In this document: piece after piece, positions 48,907 through 61,650 of the stretch
Numbering within the stretch: the stretch's first letter is position 1
How the letters are laid out: the number at the start of each line of letters is the position of its first letter
Assembly (NCBI GenBank): GCA_964016885.1
Contig: OZ024740.1
Coordinates: 49,228,001-49,292,000, forward strand
From: Eledone cirrhosa
Taxonomy: Eukaryota
Direction: 5' to 3'
DNA: 64,000 bases
The notes under the pieces: generated by a model
What the model was told of the DNA's origin: nothing
Seen by the model: the letters and a program-made list of their open reading frames with translations, nothing else
Database searches by the model: none
Position numbers and translations under genes: made by a program

Positions 48907-49098
48907 TAGTTGTTCATTTATTAATAAAACAAGTGTTTAATATGTAAACAAGAATACCGGAGTGTCTTCATTATGGAAGATGTTTTCAGAATTTACACAA
49001 CAGAAAGACGACCCCCCCAAAAAAAAACAACAACAACAACAACAAACAAACAAACAAAAAAACAACAACAGAAAACAGAACAAAAACAAAAAAAAATA

Positions 49099-49178
49099 TC
49101 TTGCAAGATGGATTCTAACCATCGATCTGGTGCAAAAACAATTACAACCTTCTGCTCTACTAACTGAACTGGCGCGAG
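49099..49178 (-). pseudogene. tRNA-Tyr pseudogene
   Basis: Minus strand CTCGCGCCAGTTCAGTTAGTAGAGCAGAAGGTTGTA...TCGATGGTTAGAATCCATCTTGCAAGA. Confidence 0.7.
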
Positions 49179-49859
49179 TATGTTAATTAGGGTCAGAATG
49201 ATTTGTCATCAATAATTCAATAATCATATTCTTTACAATGACACACACATCATGTAGTTGTGTGAAAGAGCCATGGTATTTGCTGTAAAATGTCAACTAC
49301 GGTCGCCGAAAAAAAGCCAACATTTGATTTCAGGCTAAGATCCGAAAATACGTTTCACTGAGAAATCAGCAATCAGTTGAAGACTAATTCGCTGAATATT
49401 CGAAATGGTTTCTTTATACGGAATATTGCAAAATATTCCACTTTTACATTGAAGAGGCCAACTCCTTTTCGAAAAAAGTAATAATACTTGCACTCTTTCA
49501 AGAAAAGAAAGAGGTATTTACTATCCGTGACCCGTTAAGAATTGAAACTTTATTTCATATCATGATATAATTCTGTTTAGACAGATAATTTATACTGGAG
49601 TCGTCTCATCAGTTGTAGTTAAATAACATGGAAGTTCCTGTTTAAAGGATTCTATAATCCCTTATCAAATATGGCCTACTGTCTCCTAACAAATATGGCA
49701 GCACTGTCTTAAAATCATTGACACATGAATATATTTCTCTTTATAGAAATGAAACATCTACTGACTGTATATATTACTAATTTGATGACAGCTTTTGGTG
49801 ACAGAAATTAATACTAAGGACACATACACGCACACACACACGCATATATATATATATTT

Positions 49860-50870
49860 CCTCCTACCCGAACCTCTGGTTACGTTGAGCGGTGGGATTT
49901 GTCACCCTCCTGCGTATCGTCTCAACGGACTTGACACCACAACCCGTTGTTTCGCTGAACTTATCTGTAATGTTAGTTTCGACGCCACCGGCTAGCAACA
50001 GGCGAAATTTCCCGCGAGGTTCGGTGGTCTATACCTCCACGTCACATCTGACTTTGCTCTGCCGGCTTACGTATTTTCATCATCTCCAGCTGCATCTTCA
50101 TCAGCGAGGTTCTCAGCAATATATCAGAATCAGGCGTAGATAAGGGACTCGAGTCTACTCTGGCCGTTTGAGTTGGTGACAACTTCAGCGGCCCCCCAGT
50201 ATCCGGGTTACCAATGCAACAAAAACAACATCAACCTTCATGCGGATTGAATCTTCGCTGGGCTAACACCGTTTCGCCTACTTATATTCTACCTTGCGTC
50301 TAAACAGGAGCAAGTGGCTTAACTCGGTGCCCTCCAATCAACTACGTGATGATACGTGCACACGCATCGGAGTGGTCATACGCCTTGGCCACTGCGTGCG
50401 TGATCCACATAAATGCCGCTGTGGAGCCATAGTCAACGTGTTTGGACTAAACCCGCTCTCCTGTAGCCACAATACAGATAGTTTCCCTCGGCACGCTGCA
50501 TTGAACGATGTCGCTAAAAGGAGCCTTGACGTGGTTAGTTTCTCATCACAACTCCCTTCTAGTTCGAGAGAGGTAAATCTCTTGTTAGGGACGCTACTCA
50601 GCCTCCGACTTTGTTGCTTCGACTACAAACCCGGGCATTGCCGCCCTTAATGCGGAGAAGAAGATAGACTAATACCGGCACTTGACCTACCGGCCCCTTT
50701 TCGTACCGGTCGCCATTCCTCAACTGACATTTTCCTCTGCAAAATTGCAAGGAGTGCAACCCACCTGAGGTAAAAATTCAGTAAGGTGGAGTGGCTGATG
50801 CAGCTGGTATCGCTGGCAGTCCTCCGCAACAAAGCTTCACAATTTTGTCCTCAAGACGCTGCTGAAACAT
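49860..50870 (+). mobile_element. Decayed CRE-like RLE non-LTR retrotransposon 3' part
   Basis: WLNSVPS..RIGVVIRLG..HKCRCG..PLSC..PRHAALNDV, GC-richer than the flanks. Confidence 0.65.
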
Positions 50871-51010
50871 ACTGTCTTGATTGGAGTGAAGAGTCTGCAG
50901 CTCTGTTCACCTCTTACTTTTGCTATTTCAAATGTTATTGTTGATTAATTATGAAAGTGAGTATTTTAAAATGTAAACAGGAATACTGGAGCGTCTGTAA
51001 TTTGTAAGAT

Positions 51011-51062
51011 GATAGATAAAGACTACTACAGTCATCCACTGTATCAATTGAGCTATCGCTAG
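51011..51062 (-). pseudogene. tRNA-Tyr 5'-half pseudogene
   Basis: Minus strand CTAGCGATAGCTCAATTGATACAGTGGATGACTGTAG + intron start. Confidence 0.65.
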
Positions 51063-51082
51063 AAAGTTAAAATCTGGACAGA

Positions 51083-51433
51083 AATAATTGTTTCTACTTT
51101 TGGCACAAGGCCAGCAATTACCCAGTGCATTACTGGTACTTTATTTTATCGACCTCGTAAGGATGAAAGGCAAAGTTAACCTCGGCGGGATTTGAACTCA
51201 GAATGGCAAGGGCAGAAATAATGATTTCTACTATAGGCACAAGGTCAGCAATTTTGGAAGAGGGGAAAAAGTCGATTAAATAGACCCCAGTGCATTACTG
51301 GTGCCTTATTTTATTGACCCCATAAGGATGAAAGACAAAGCTAACCTCGGTTGGATTTGAAGTCAGAACGCAAAGGGCCGTAACTGTATGCTACAAAGCA
51401 TAGTGTTCGACGCTCTGCTGATACTGTCAATCC
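51083..51433 (-). mobile_element. Two adjacent SINE copies (51083-51215 truncated; 51216-51433 longer variant)
   Basis: Reverse-complement SINE consensus twice. Confidence 0.85.
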
Positions 51434-52875
51434 GGCTGAATGCTACGTTACGTCTTGTTTATGACGTAAATGATTCTTTCAATGATAATCACATTCTTTA
51501 CTTGCAAAAACATTGAATAAAACATCTTTTTGTGTTTTGTTAATAGGGAAGATTCTGGAAATGACCTGCCTTTCAAAGATTTGGAGATTCTAACTACCCG
51601 GAGAAATTTACATTTCGTATTTCCTGAAAAAAATTGATTTGCTACAATTCAGAAGCGGAAGTACAGGAATTCTCAAAAATCCTTTCTGATTCTAAAATGA
51701 TTCCGCGTTTCATAGACTCGCTGATTGTAACTGAAGGAATTTACAAAAATTACATTTATTCCGCAGTAAGTGGAAAAAAAAAGAAAGATTTTCCAAGTAA
51801 AGGTAAGTGTGAAAATTAATTAAAGATACGAGTATTCTTAAGCGTAAACAGCATGCCGGAGTATCTGTAATTTGATTAAAACATTGTGCAAATTGATTAT
51901 ACAAGAAAGTATTAGATTGAAAATACGTTTCACTAAGAAACCAACATATTAATCTTCTGAATATTTGGAATGGTTTCCTTGTACGAAATACAGCAAAATA
52001 TACCACTATCACCTTAAAGAGTCCGACTCCATTTCGAATAAATTAATATTTGTAATATTTCAACAATCTAAAAAGCATTCTAAATTCTAATACCGTTAAC
52101 TTGTTATAATTTAATGTTTTACTTTATGTCATGTATAATACAGTCTGGACGGGTACATGTCACAATGGTGTCGTCAATTTTTGTTAAATTTCATGAATCT
52201 TCCTGCTCCAAGACTGCACTAACCCCTATAAAATATGAACATACTGTTTTTAAATCATTGAAGCACACTTATATTTCTATGTATAGGAATGAAACATCTA
52301 CTGATAGTTTATATTAGTAACTACATTTTAAGACAGATTTCAATACCATAGAAATTGGTATGAAGGATATATAGATATGAAAAGAAAAGTGTACTGGAAC
52401 ATGATAGAAAAACAGTGCAATGAAAGTTTCATCCTCACAGTGGTAGTGGAATCACTATGACTGTAAGTTTGAAAATATACTGGTGTGAATGACATCGATA
52501 TTTGGTACCTTCAATACATCTATACAAGCATACGAGATTTATTCATATTTACGAGGACAAATGTTGACAGAACACAAAAAGTAGAAGTAGATGCTTTAAA
52601 ATTGTAAAATATTATGTAAATCATTATTTATGTTACTAAAGAAGATTCTAGAAAGTACTTTCATTTCGTAGAGTTTGTGATTATAACTATTTACTATTTG
52701 AAGAAATATACACAAATGACTGCTATTCCACAATAACAGAGGTTTACCGGGTAAATATGAAAATTATTTAAAGATATGAATATTTATAAACGTAAACAAG
52801 AATACTGGAGTGTTTGTAATTTAGAAGATGTTTTCGTGATTGACACAATCTAAATTCATATACCAAAATATAAAC

Positions 52876-52963
52876 TCTCGGGAGACGGATTCGAACCATC
52901 GACATAAGTACAAGAAGTAAACACTACTAAAGTGTTTTGCCCCAGTAACTGAAATATCACGAC
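52876..52963 (-). pseudogene. tRNA-Tyr pseudogene
   Basis: Intact T-arm GTCGATGGTTCGAATCCGTCTCCCGAGA with decayed D and anticodon arms. Confidence 0.72.
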
Positions 52964-54462
52964 CACATTGAAATCAAGCCACAAATAATGATTCAATACC
53001 AATGTTTTGTTTATGATGTCAAATTATGAATTTAATGATTCAATAATCACGTTCTTTCCAATGACAAGCACATCGTTGTATCGCATGATATCAGCTCGAA
53101 AATGAACTAAGAAACTGAATTAAAAAATTGGTTAAAGACTAATTTTCTGAATATTAGAAATGGTTTCGTTTTAACGAATACAGCAAAACATGCCACTGTC
53201 ACGTTACAATTCCAAAACATACGCCTTTCAAATTTGTTCTTCCTACATTTATCTTCTTAACTATAAATGTCTACTTCCATAGATGTATTCAATATATCTC
53301 AGGACATACAAAGTTGTAAGATATTCACGTACGTTGATTCTAGTTTGATGTATATTTTACATAACTGAGTTAATCATCTCTGTAATATTTCTAAACCTAC
53401 AACCACTGTCATGATTGAATAGGTTTATAAAATGTATCTGACGTTTAAACATACGTTTCTTTACGTATCTTCGTATCAATTACTGTAGTATATCAAATCT
53501 ATTTTCAAATCTAATTAGTAATAAATACCGTCTGTAGATGTTATATTCCGATAGAGAGAAATATATTGATGTTTCAATATTTTAAAAAGATAGTGTGTTT
53601 ATATCTGATAGGGGACAAGAGGGATTTGTGAACAGGAAATTTCATGGTATTTAAATGACACCTGTATATGTTATCAGTCTAAACTATATTATATATTACA
53701 TAAAGTAAATATTTAATTTTAACGAGTCAATGGATTAGAATCCTCGTTCGTTTGATGTAATATTTCAAATATTATTAATTTCTTCGAAATAGTGGCAGCA
53801 TCATTAATTTGATAATTCAGAAAATTAAACTTAAAACGATGCTGATTTCTTAATTTAAAGTATTGATAATTTCGTTTATAATGTCAAATGGTTGTTTCAA
53901 TGACACAGTAAACACATTCTTTACAATGACACACACATCGTGTAGGCATGGTATATATCTATATACTACTAACATTCTGTGATTGCTTGCTTGCTTGTCT
54001 TTAATATAATACAGCCAAAAGGGTGCATAATGGGAAAATACTTTGAAAGGAAGTTGACCCTGAAATGGGGATACAAATGGAATAAAACAAGTTTCGCGTA
54101 AATCGGAACACGGGTTCCCGAGATATGGGGTGTTTCCAGAGAGATGGTGAGAGAGTAGATTGGAATGAGAGACATAGAGAGAGGGAGAGGAGACAGATAA
54201 GGAGAATGGAAGAGAGAGAGAGAGCTGGTGTTGTTGTTGTGTATATATATATATATGTAAGTGTGTGTGTATATATATATATGTGAGTGTGTGTATATAT
54301 GTGAGTGTGTGTATATATATATGTGTGAGTGTGTGTATAAATATATATATGTGTGTGTCTATGACCAGTGTATATAGATAACAGACACCCACATATATAT
54401 ATATACACAGACACATACATATATATATGTATACACACACATTTATATATATACATACACAC

Positions 54463-54500
<38 letters not shown>

Positions 54501-54874
54501 GCCTTCCAGTTTCATTTCACATTATATGTCTGTGTACATTTTAATTATTTAAAAATTATTTTTAAGTGAACATGATTTAAAAAATATTTTGAAGTGAACG
54601 TGAACCAACGGGTCACGGGTGGTCTAGTTGACTCGAAATTCACCAATACGTTTGAGCAAGAAACCAACATTGGTTCAAATCTAATTTTCTGAATTATCGC
54701 ATTAAAGAATAAAACATCTACTAACTGTGTATATTTATAATTACATTTAAAAATAAGTTTGACGTACAATTGATACGAAATATATATATATTTATGTAGT
54801 TAATACGAATTATTGTGAGGTATGTAATAAAAGACCGATAATTAAAAAAACAGTCGATACAACGTGGTAGAAAA

Positions 54875-55200
54875 ATACAAGTACCGGTCGATCTCCGACA
54901 GGTTCGAGGTCGTGCCCTTGGCAGTGGAGACTTCTGGTATCCTTGGCCCTAGGGCTACCTCCCTATTCACCACCATAGGCGCTGAGCTGACCAGCCAGGT
55001 GTGAGCCTGGCGAGTTATGATGGCTCTTCCAGCGCATCTCCCTTACCATCCTCCGGGGAAACGCCTTCTCCATCCTGCCCGCCGGGGCTGTGGGGAGGCC
55101 AGCACGGGGGACCCCATTTGCTCCCCATACGGATTAACCACACTGTTTGACATCCATTTTTCTTTAAATAAAAAAAAATATAAAAAAAACAGGACATATG
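54875..55200 (+). mobile_element. CRE-like 3' fragment with A-rich tail
   Basis: F.VVPLAVETSGILGPRA...WLFQRISLTILRGNAFSIL. Confidence 0.65.
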
Positions 55201-55229
55201 ATGACAAATAAAACAGAACAACGTAATAT

Positions 55230-55570
55230 TTAACTGTATTTCAAGATTATATTTCAGGGCTGTCACTCACTTTTCAAATGTGAGGCTGAAATAGTTCAAA
55301 GTAGGAAGAATGATCGATCTGTTTTTCTCTTTAACTGGCCTACGTGTAAGAAATTTGTATGCGTCAAATCGCTATAGCAACCAATCTGCCTCGGGCATTT
55401 CCAATCTATTATTTATTTTTGGTCTTTCCCGGCTTAAATTGCCTATATTCCTTCCTGTCACCTCTATAGAGACCTCAATGTCTTGGCTGTGGCATCTGTC
55501 AAGATGTTTTTTAAAAGCTCTCGTCATGTGTTTCTTTATCCGTATGTGCAGCATACAGAGTATGAGATGA
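55230..55570 (-). mobile_element. Decayed PLE GIY-YIG 3' end
   Basis: LHIRIKKH..AFKKHL..C...ERPKINNR resembles the GIY-YIG C-terminal R..EH...P.LN pattern. Confidence 0.45.
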
Positions 55571-55650
55571 GGCAGAAGGAGAACACAAAGTCATTACATT
55601 AAAAAATGAGAGAGATAGAGAGAGATAGAGAGAGGAGGATAAACTTGTTA

Positions 55651-56857
55651 TCTATATATTAATTTCAACAATGTCAGTATTCCGTGTGTCATAATTCTCG
55701 ATTATCATTGGTTCATAGGTTTCAAACGACTCCGCCCACCTCAACGACGCCAAACTTAAATTAATATGCATAATGCCAATGAGAGAGTGAGAGGGGAGAG
55801 TAAGAAACAGAGAGGCAAAGTGAACGCTGTGTTGGATACACTATATATATGTGTCAGTATAGAGACATGTGTGTGTGTGATGTGTGTGGAAATAAGAGGG
55901 GTAGGAAAGCAATAACTATTAACATGTGTACGTGCGCGTATGTTTATGTGTGTGTGTGCGTGCGTGCAGCGTTCCACAGAAAGTAAAAACTATCAACATG
56001 TGTGAGTGTGTGCGTGTGTGTAAGTGCACGGGTGCGTGTAAGTTTGCGTGCGCGTGCGCGTTTTCATGCGTGTATGTGTGTGTACGTGCGACGTTCCACA
56101 ATCGCCACGCAGTTTATCTGTCTGTGTGCCTGTCTGTCAGTCTAACATACACAGAGTTGTGAAGGGAGTAAAGAGGGACCTTATTTTACATTGACGGACA
56201 TCTTTTATATTTATTATTGTGTAATTTTTTGACAATTGCTCGAAATGAATACTGAAAATAAAAGCAATTCGACTTTATCAAACAGTGAACTACAGCGGCG
56301 ACGGCGTGCAGCCAGGAATGAAGAAAAACGGGCCGAACAGCGCCATCAGAACGCCGAACTTCAGAGGCGAAGACGTGCCGCCATGAATGAAGAGGAGCTG
56401 GCTGAACAACGCCAAATAAACACTGGAGCCAAGCAGCGACGGCGTGCTGCGATGGTTGAAGACGAACTGGCTGAGCATCATCTTTTATATTAATTATCTA
56501 TATCTATATCTACATATAATATAAAAGATTGGAACTTCCATAATCCTTTTGAGAAACGTGGAATAACCACGTGTCTATGCAATGATACACGTTTTACAGT
56601 CAGGCAGAAGATGAACCCTCTCCTAGAGGTCACTATTCTAGGTGGGAGCACCTAGAATTGTTCATATACTATGCACAAATGGTACAACGAAGAATCTGGT
56701 ATATCTGGAAGATTTCTTTTACTGTTTTTTGTATCACACAAACACCACGGACTCGCCTCATACTGTAAACAGACAAACATCCAATACAGTCATTTTCTCT
56801 TTTACCTGTCTTCTCTTATCATCTGTTTACCCGGGCGAAGCTGGGTACGTCAGCTAG
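55651..56857 (+). mobile_element. Non-autonomous Helitron remnant
   Basis: 3' hairpin ACCCGG-gcgaag-CTGGGT then CTAG|T (56854-57). Candidate A|TCTATATATT 5' end (alternative near 56497). Charged repeats ELQRRRRAAxNEE and helicase scraps LCNDTRFTV and GTTKNLVYLE. Confidence 0.7.
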
Positions 56858-58329
56858 TTATATAAATATGAAAATAGGGAGAAAAAGACGATTATTAGGA
56901 AGAAAAATATATTTTTTTCCTTTTATTTTTTCTCTTTTTTTCTGGGTTAGAAAATGTTTAAAACAAAATATTTTACTTTGTGTGAAGTGTTAAGGTATTA
57001 GTTAATTTATTTATTAATTAACAATGGCATTTATTTATTTATTTATTTATTTATATATTTAATAATTGTCTATTAAATGAACCACGGCTCGGCGACGGCC
57101 CCGTCCTTTCTCAATCGAGTGAGCGAAGAAACGACGGAAGTGGCGATTTTTCATCGACGCAAACGCGCACAGTACCCGACGACGCCGAACGCCGCTGCAA
57201 AGCCGGTCGGTCGAAACCGGCCGACCCTCAAGCGACGCCACCGCAACCGAGAGACGCAAGAATGCTCCCGCCTATGCTACGCCTATGCATGTGTATGTAA
57301 TTAGCAACACAAATATAATTACACACACACTTATGTTATGTAAGTGTATGTGTAATGTAGCTTTGAAAACGTTATGATCAAAGAACGTTGTCTCCCGCAT
57401 TCTAAAAAATTGTCTTTCTTTCTCTATCTTCCTCTCTTGGTGTGTAACACTCATTCTATCCCCATTTTCTAAAAGTTTTAAATCTCATATTTTTCAACAC
57501 TCTTTCCCTCTCTCTCTTTCTCTTTTTATTCTCTTTTTCTCACACCCTCTCTCTTTCTCTACAGAAAGGAGAAAGATAGCTGCAAAACAAAATGGCCGGA
57601 ACTTTCGATATGTATACTGAAATATGTACAATTGAATTTAAATATATCGCTTGCTTTGTAAAGCAAACCAAATTTTACCAGTGATGTAGTCAATATAGTT
57701 TTGTTCGGGTAGGTTATCTAATTTATGAGTAGAATACAAACACACACAAATACACTTTTCCTTTATATTAGAGACGATAAATCATTACATCATCTTCCAA
57801 ACGAGAAACATGTCAGTATTTCTATTCACGTTTTTATAGTACTCATATCTTTAGTCAGCTACTGTCAACATTCTGTTCCCGTAAATTTCCTTCAACACAT
57901 TTGTACATTCCACACTACATTAATGTTTACACTTACCTTTACCTATCAAATCTATTTTTTCAATTACTGCGGAATGCATGTCAATTTTGTAAATCTATTC
58001 ATCAACTTAATGACAGGCTGACGCATTCTAGAATCTTTCTCAGTAACTCAATATTGTAACCACCCCAAATCTTCCAGTACCAAATTGTGTTCTCAATACA
58101 TTTATCTTTCTAAATATGAATGAGGCTTATATATTCTTCTATAGGTATAGTTATCTCAGAATATAGAAAGTTGTTAGATATCTCCGTATGATGTTTCCTT
58201 CACATATCTGAGATATTTATCTCTGTATTATTTTTCACACCAACAACTATAGTATTTACATTACAACTGTCATGATTTAATTGTATTGTACAATGTTATT
58301 AACATTCGAAAATGGTTTCATTATTTACA

Positions 58330-58518
58330 GGTGGAGTGGCAGTATCGGTAGAGGGTCAGACGCCATGCTTTGACGCATAGAGTTACGGCACTTGCCATTC
58401 TGAGTTCAAATCCCACCGAGGTTAACTTTGCCTTTCATCCTTATGGGGTCGATAAAATAAAGTACCAGTAATACACTGGGTAATTGCTGGCCTTGTGCCA
58501 AAAGTAGAAACAATTATT
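58330..58518 (+). mobile_element. tRNA-derived SINE with TSD attatttaca
   Basis: Full consensus, with attatttaca at 58320-58329 and 58513-58522. Confidence 0.88.
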
Positions 58519-58544
58519 TACACAATAAAATACCAAAACACAAC

Positions 58545-58632
58545 TCTCACGAGATAGATTGGAATTGTCGACCTAAGGATACCTGATAAACACTTCTACA
58601 GTCCTCCGCATTACCGACTGAGCTATCATGAG
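58545..58632 (-). pseudogene. tRNA-Tyr(GTA) pseudogene with intron
   Basis: CTCATGATAGCTCAGTCGGTAATGCGGAGGACTGTAG-intron-ATCCTTAGGTCGACAATTCCAATCTATCTCGTGAGA. The T-arm/B-box is broken. Confidence 0.8.
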
Positions 58633-58653
58633 CTGTTAGAAACAAGGCCAAAA

Positions 58654-58835
58654 ATAATTGTTTCTACTTTTGGCACAAGGCCAGCAATTACCCAGTACAT
58701 TACTGGTACTTTATTTTATCGACCCCGTAAGGATGAAAGGCAAAGTTAACCTCGGCGGGATTTGAACTCAGACCGTAAAGGGACATAACTATGTTAGAAA
58801 GCATGGCGTCCAACCCTCTACCGATACTGCCAATT
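58654..58835 (-). mobile_element. tRNA-derived SINE
   Basis: Reverse-complement consensus. Confidence 0.88.
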
Positions 58836-59208
58836 CACTGAATGCTACAAAATCTATGATTTGTTTATGACGTCAAATGACTATCACTAATTCATTCATC
58901 ACATTGTATCATTGTAAAGAAGGTGGTTATTGAATCATGGAACCAAACATGTTAGATTATAAACACGTTCGGCTACCAGCCGAGGTTCTGTATTTGTTAA
59001 AACAAAAACCATTTCTAACATTAAGAAACTTATTCCTGGACCAAGTTTCGGATTCTTTGTAAATATTATTGGCTATTTTTCGATCTAATACCATGTTGTA
59101 CAACCAAACTACACGATGTGAGTGTCATTGTAAAGAATAAAATAATTGAATCATGAAATTAATCATTTGACGTCATAAACAAAATATTCGTATTGTAGCA
59201 TTATTTAT

Positions 59209-59393
59209 AATAATTGTTTCTACTTTAGGCACAAGGCCAGCAATTACCCAGTGCATTACTGGTACTTTATTTTATCGACCCCGTAAGGATGAAAGGCAAA
59301 GTCAACCTCGGCGGGATTTGAACTCAGATCGTAAAGGGACGTAACTATGCTGGAAAGCATGGCGTCCGACCCTCTACCGATACTGCCAATCCA
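59209..59393 (-). mobile_element. tRNA-derived SINE (partial plus-strand copy follows at about 59476-59575)
   Basis: Reverse-complement consensus, nearly identical to 32071-32257. Confidence 0.88.
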
Positions 59394-59595
59394 CATCGGT
59401 AATTTTCGATCTAATACTATGCTGCATAACGAAACTACATGATGTGTGTATCATCAATCATTTGATTGGTTTTGTATTAACTTTGCCTTGCATCCTTACG
59501 GGGTCGATACAATAAAGCACCAGTAATTCACTGGGGTAATTGCTGGCCTTGTGCCAAAAAATAGAAACAATTATTTAGAGAAGAATTCCAACGTG

Positions 59596-59670
59596 CTCGC
59601 GGTAGCTCAGTTGGTAGACTGGAGGACTCTAGTAGAGTCCTCTTATTTTTAGGTTGATGATTCAAATCTC
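59596..59670 (+). pseudogene. tRNA-Tyr-derived pseudogene with CTA at the anticodon position
   Basis: CTCGCGGTAGCTCAGTTGGTAGACTGGAGGACTCTAG... The T-arm is degenerate and the 3' acceptor strand is missing. Confidence 0.7.
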
Positions 59671-60449
59671 TACATTCATCCTTCTAAATATGAATGAGGC
59701 AGATATACTCCCATAGGTGTATTCAATGTATCTCATGATATACAAACTATTCCTGTACGATATTTTTTACCTTATATATGTTATAAATCAGTACTATTTT
59801 CTCACCTGCAGAATTTACATCACAGCTGTCACCTCTTAACTAGGATGTACATGCTTCGAACATGTTTAAGTATAAGTTTCTATGCATATCTATACATATC
59901 CTTCGTATAAGTTTCTTTGGAATTTAATATATCTTTTCAAATGTATGTAGTAATATATACAGTCGTTATGTCTTTGATTCCAAGAATTTTGAAACAGTGT
60001 GTCTATATTTGATAGAGGACAGTAGAATCTTTGAACTGTAAATCTTCTGTCATTTAATTACAATTTATCACACCTCCAGAAATTATCAGTCTCCACTGAA
60101 TTATAACTCATGTAAAATAACATTTTCTAGTTTTAACAAATGGACAGTATTACATTTCTCTTTCGGTTGATTAAATATTGTAAAATTAATTTCTTCGAAA
60201 TGGAGTCGGCATCTTAATGCGATATTGAGATATATTGTCGTGCAAGTTGTAAAGAAACCATTTGAAACTCTCAGAAGATTAGTCTTGAATAAAAAAAAAA
60301 TATATTGATTCAATTTTATCTTAGATCGATTTGAAAAGGCTAAATCCATCTCAAAGAAACGAAAAAAGTATTCTGATAGCGTTTACTCGTTAAACTGGAA
60401 AGTTGACTTTAAGTAATGTATAACGTAGCCTAGACTGATATTTATTCAG

Positions 60450-61400
60450 TCTATTCCAGTCTCCTGCCTGATTTCTTTTCGTCGATGATCTCTTGCCATG
60501 TCCTTATTAACTGGGTTCTTCACAGCACAACCTGGATATTTTGTGATCGAGGAGAGTGAGGCTGTCTGCGCGACATGGAACCAGCTCAGCCTCCACTCTG
60601 TGAACGTCCATTCCCCTCTCCCCTCCGTAGACATTAAGTCCCTCAAAACAAATGCGACGTCATCCTTTGCAACATGATTACAGACGGCTGATGCGTCGGT
60701 TCGACCAGCACCGTCTTGCATGTTTCTGCTCGGTTTCCCAACCTCACAGAGATGTCTGGCTCAATGCAGTTCCATCACTTGCGACTGGCCCTCAGTTGGA
60801 CAGTGATTGCTTGCGCATCGGTGTTTCCCCGAGGCTCGGCCTCTGCGTCTGTGAATCTCACAAATGACCCTGCGGTAACACTGTGGATCCTTTCGGTCTC
60901 CAGCCACTGTCGTTAAATGATCATCTCCTCCCACGTCATACTACTCTCAACGAGATTATAAAACATGGCCTGCACCGTCCAGGCTTGCCTTACCAGCTCC
61001 AGACAACGGGACTGGACCGAGGGAACGGCAAAAGGCCAGACGCCATCACATTTACCGTTTCGTGGGAGGTGATCCTCTCATCTGAGATGCCACATGCTAA
61101 GACATCTACTCTAGTGACAAACAGGTGCGTTTGACTGCTAGCCCAGGCTCTGCTGTCCGTCAAGATGAAAAGGACAAACTGTTCAAGAAACGGCCGTTCT
61201 CTGATAGGTTTGGGTAAAGCCTGCAAAGTTCTTGGCTCCCGGAACACATCCCTACTCACTGATACCGGAGCGGAGTTGGTCGCCCGCAGGTGCCAGCAGG
61301 ATGGGGTGGTGAGGCTGTTCCAGCGGGTCTCCATCGCTGTCCTATGGGGGAATATATTCTCCATCCTGTCGACCGTAATTAGTTAGTGGGGTATACTCTT
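60450..61400 (+). mobile_element. Decayed CRE-like RLE non-LTR retrotransposon 3' part
   Basis: WLNAVPS..LRIGVSPRLGLCVCESHK, PRHTTLNEII, GLDRGNGKRPDAIT (PD-D/ExK), LFQRVSIAVLWGN..SIL. Confidence 0.72.
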
Positions 61401-61613
61401 TTGGACGTCAATTTCTCACTATTTCTTTTAAAACTATAACTTCTCAGCCTGTGTAATTGTGTATAAATTTATTCAGTTGTGTAGTTAGTTTTAGGTAAAT
61501 ACAATGTCTTTTCTATCCTCTACAAAATATGGAAACTGTTTTTAAAGCATTGAATCATTTATATATTACTCTGTAAATGAATAAACAACTCCTGATTATA
61601 TATTACTAACTAC

Positions 61614-61650
<37 letters not shown>

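Noticed and set aside
54612-54682. A-box/B-box-like words suggesting a tRNA
   Set aside because: No cloverleaf. It resembles the repeated flank also seen near 62615-62660.
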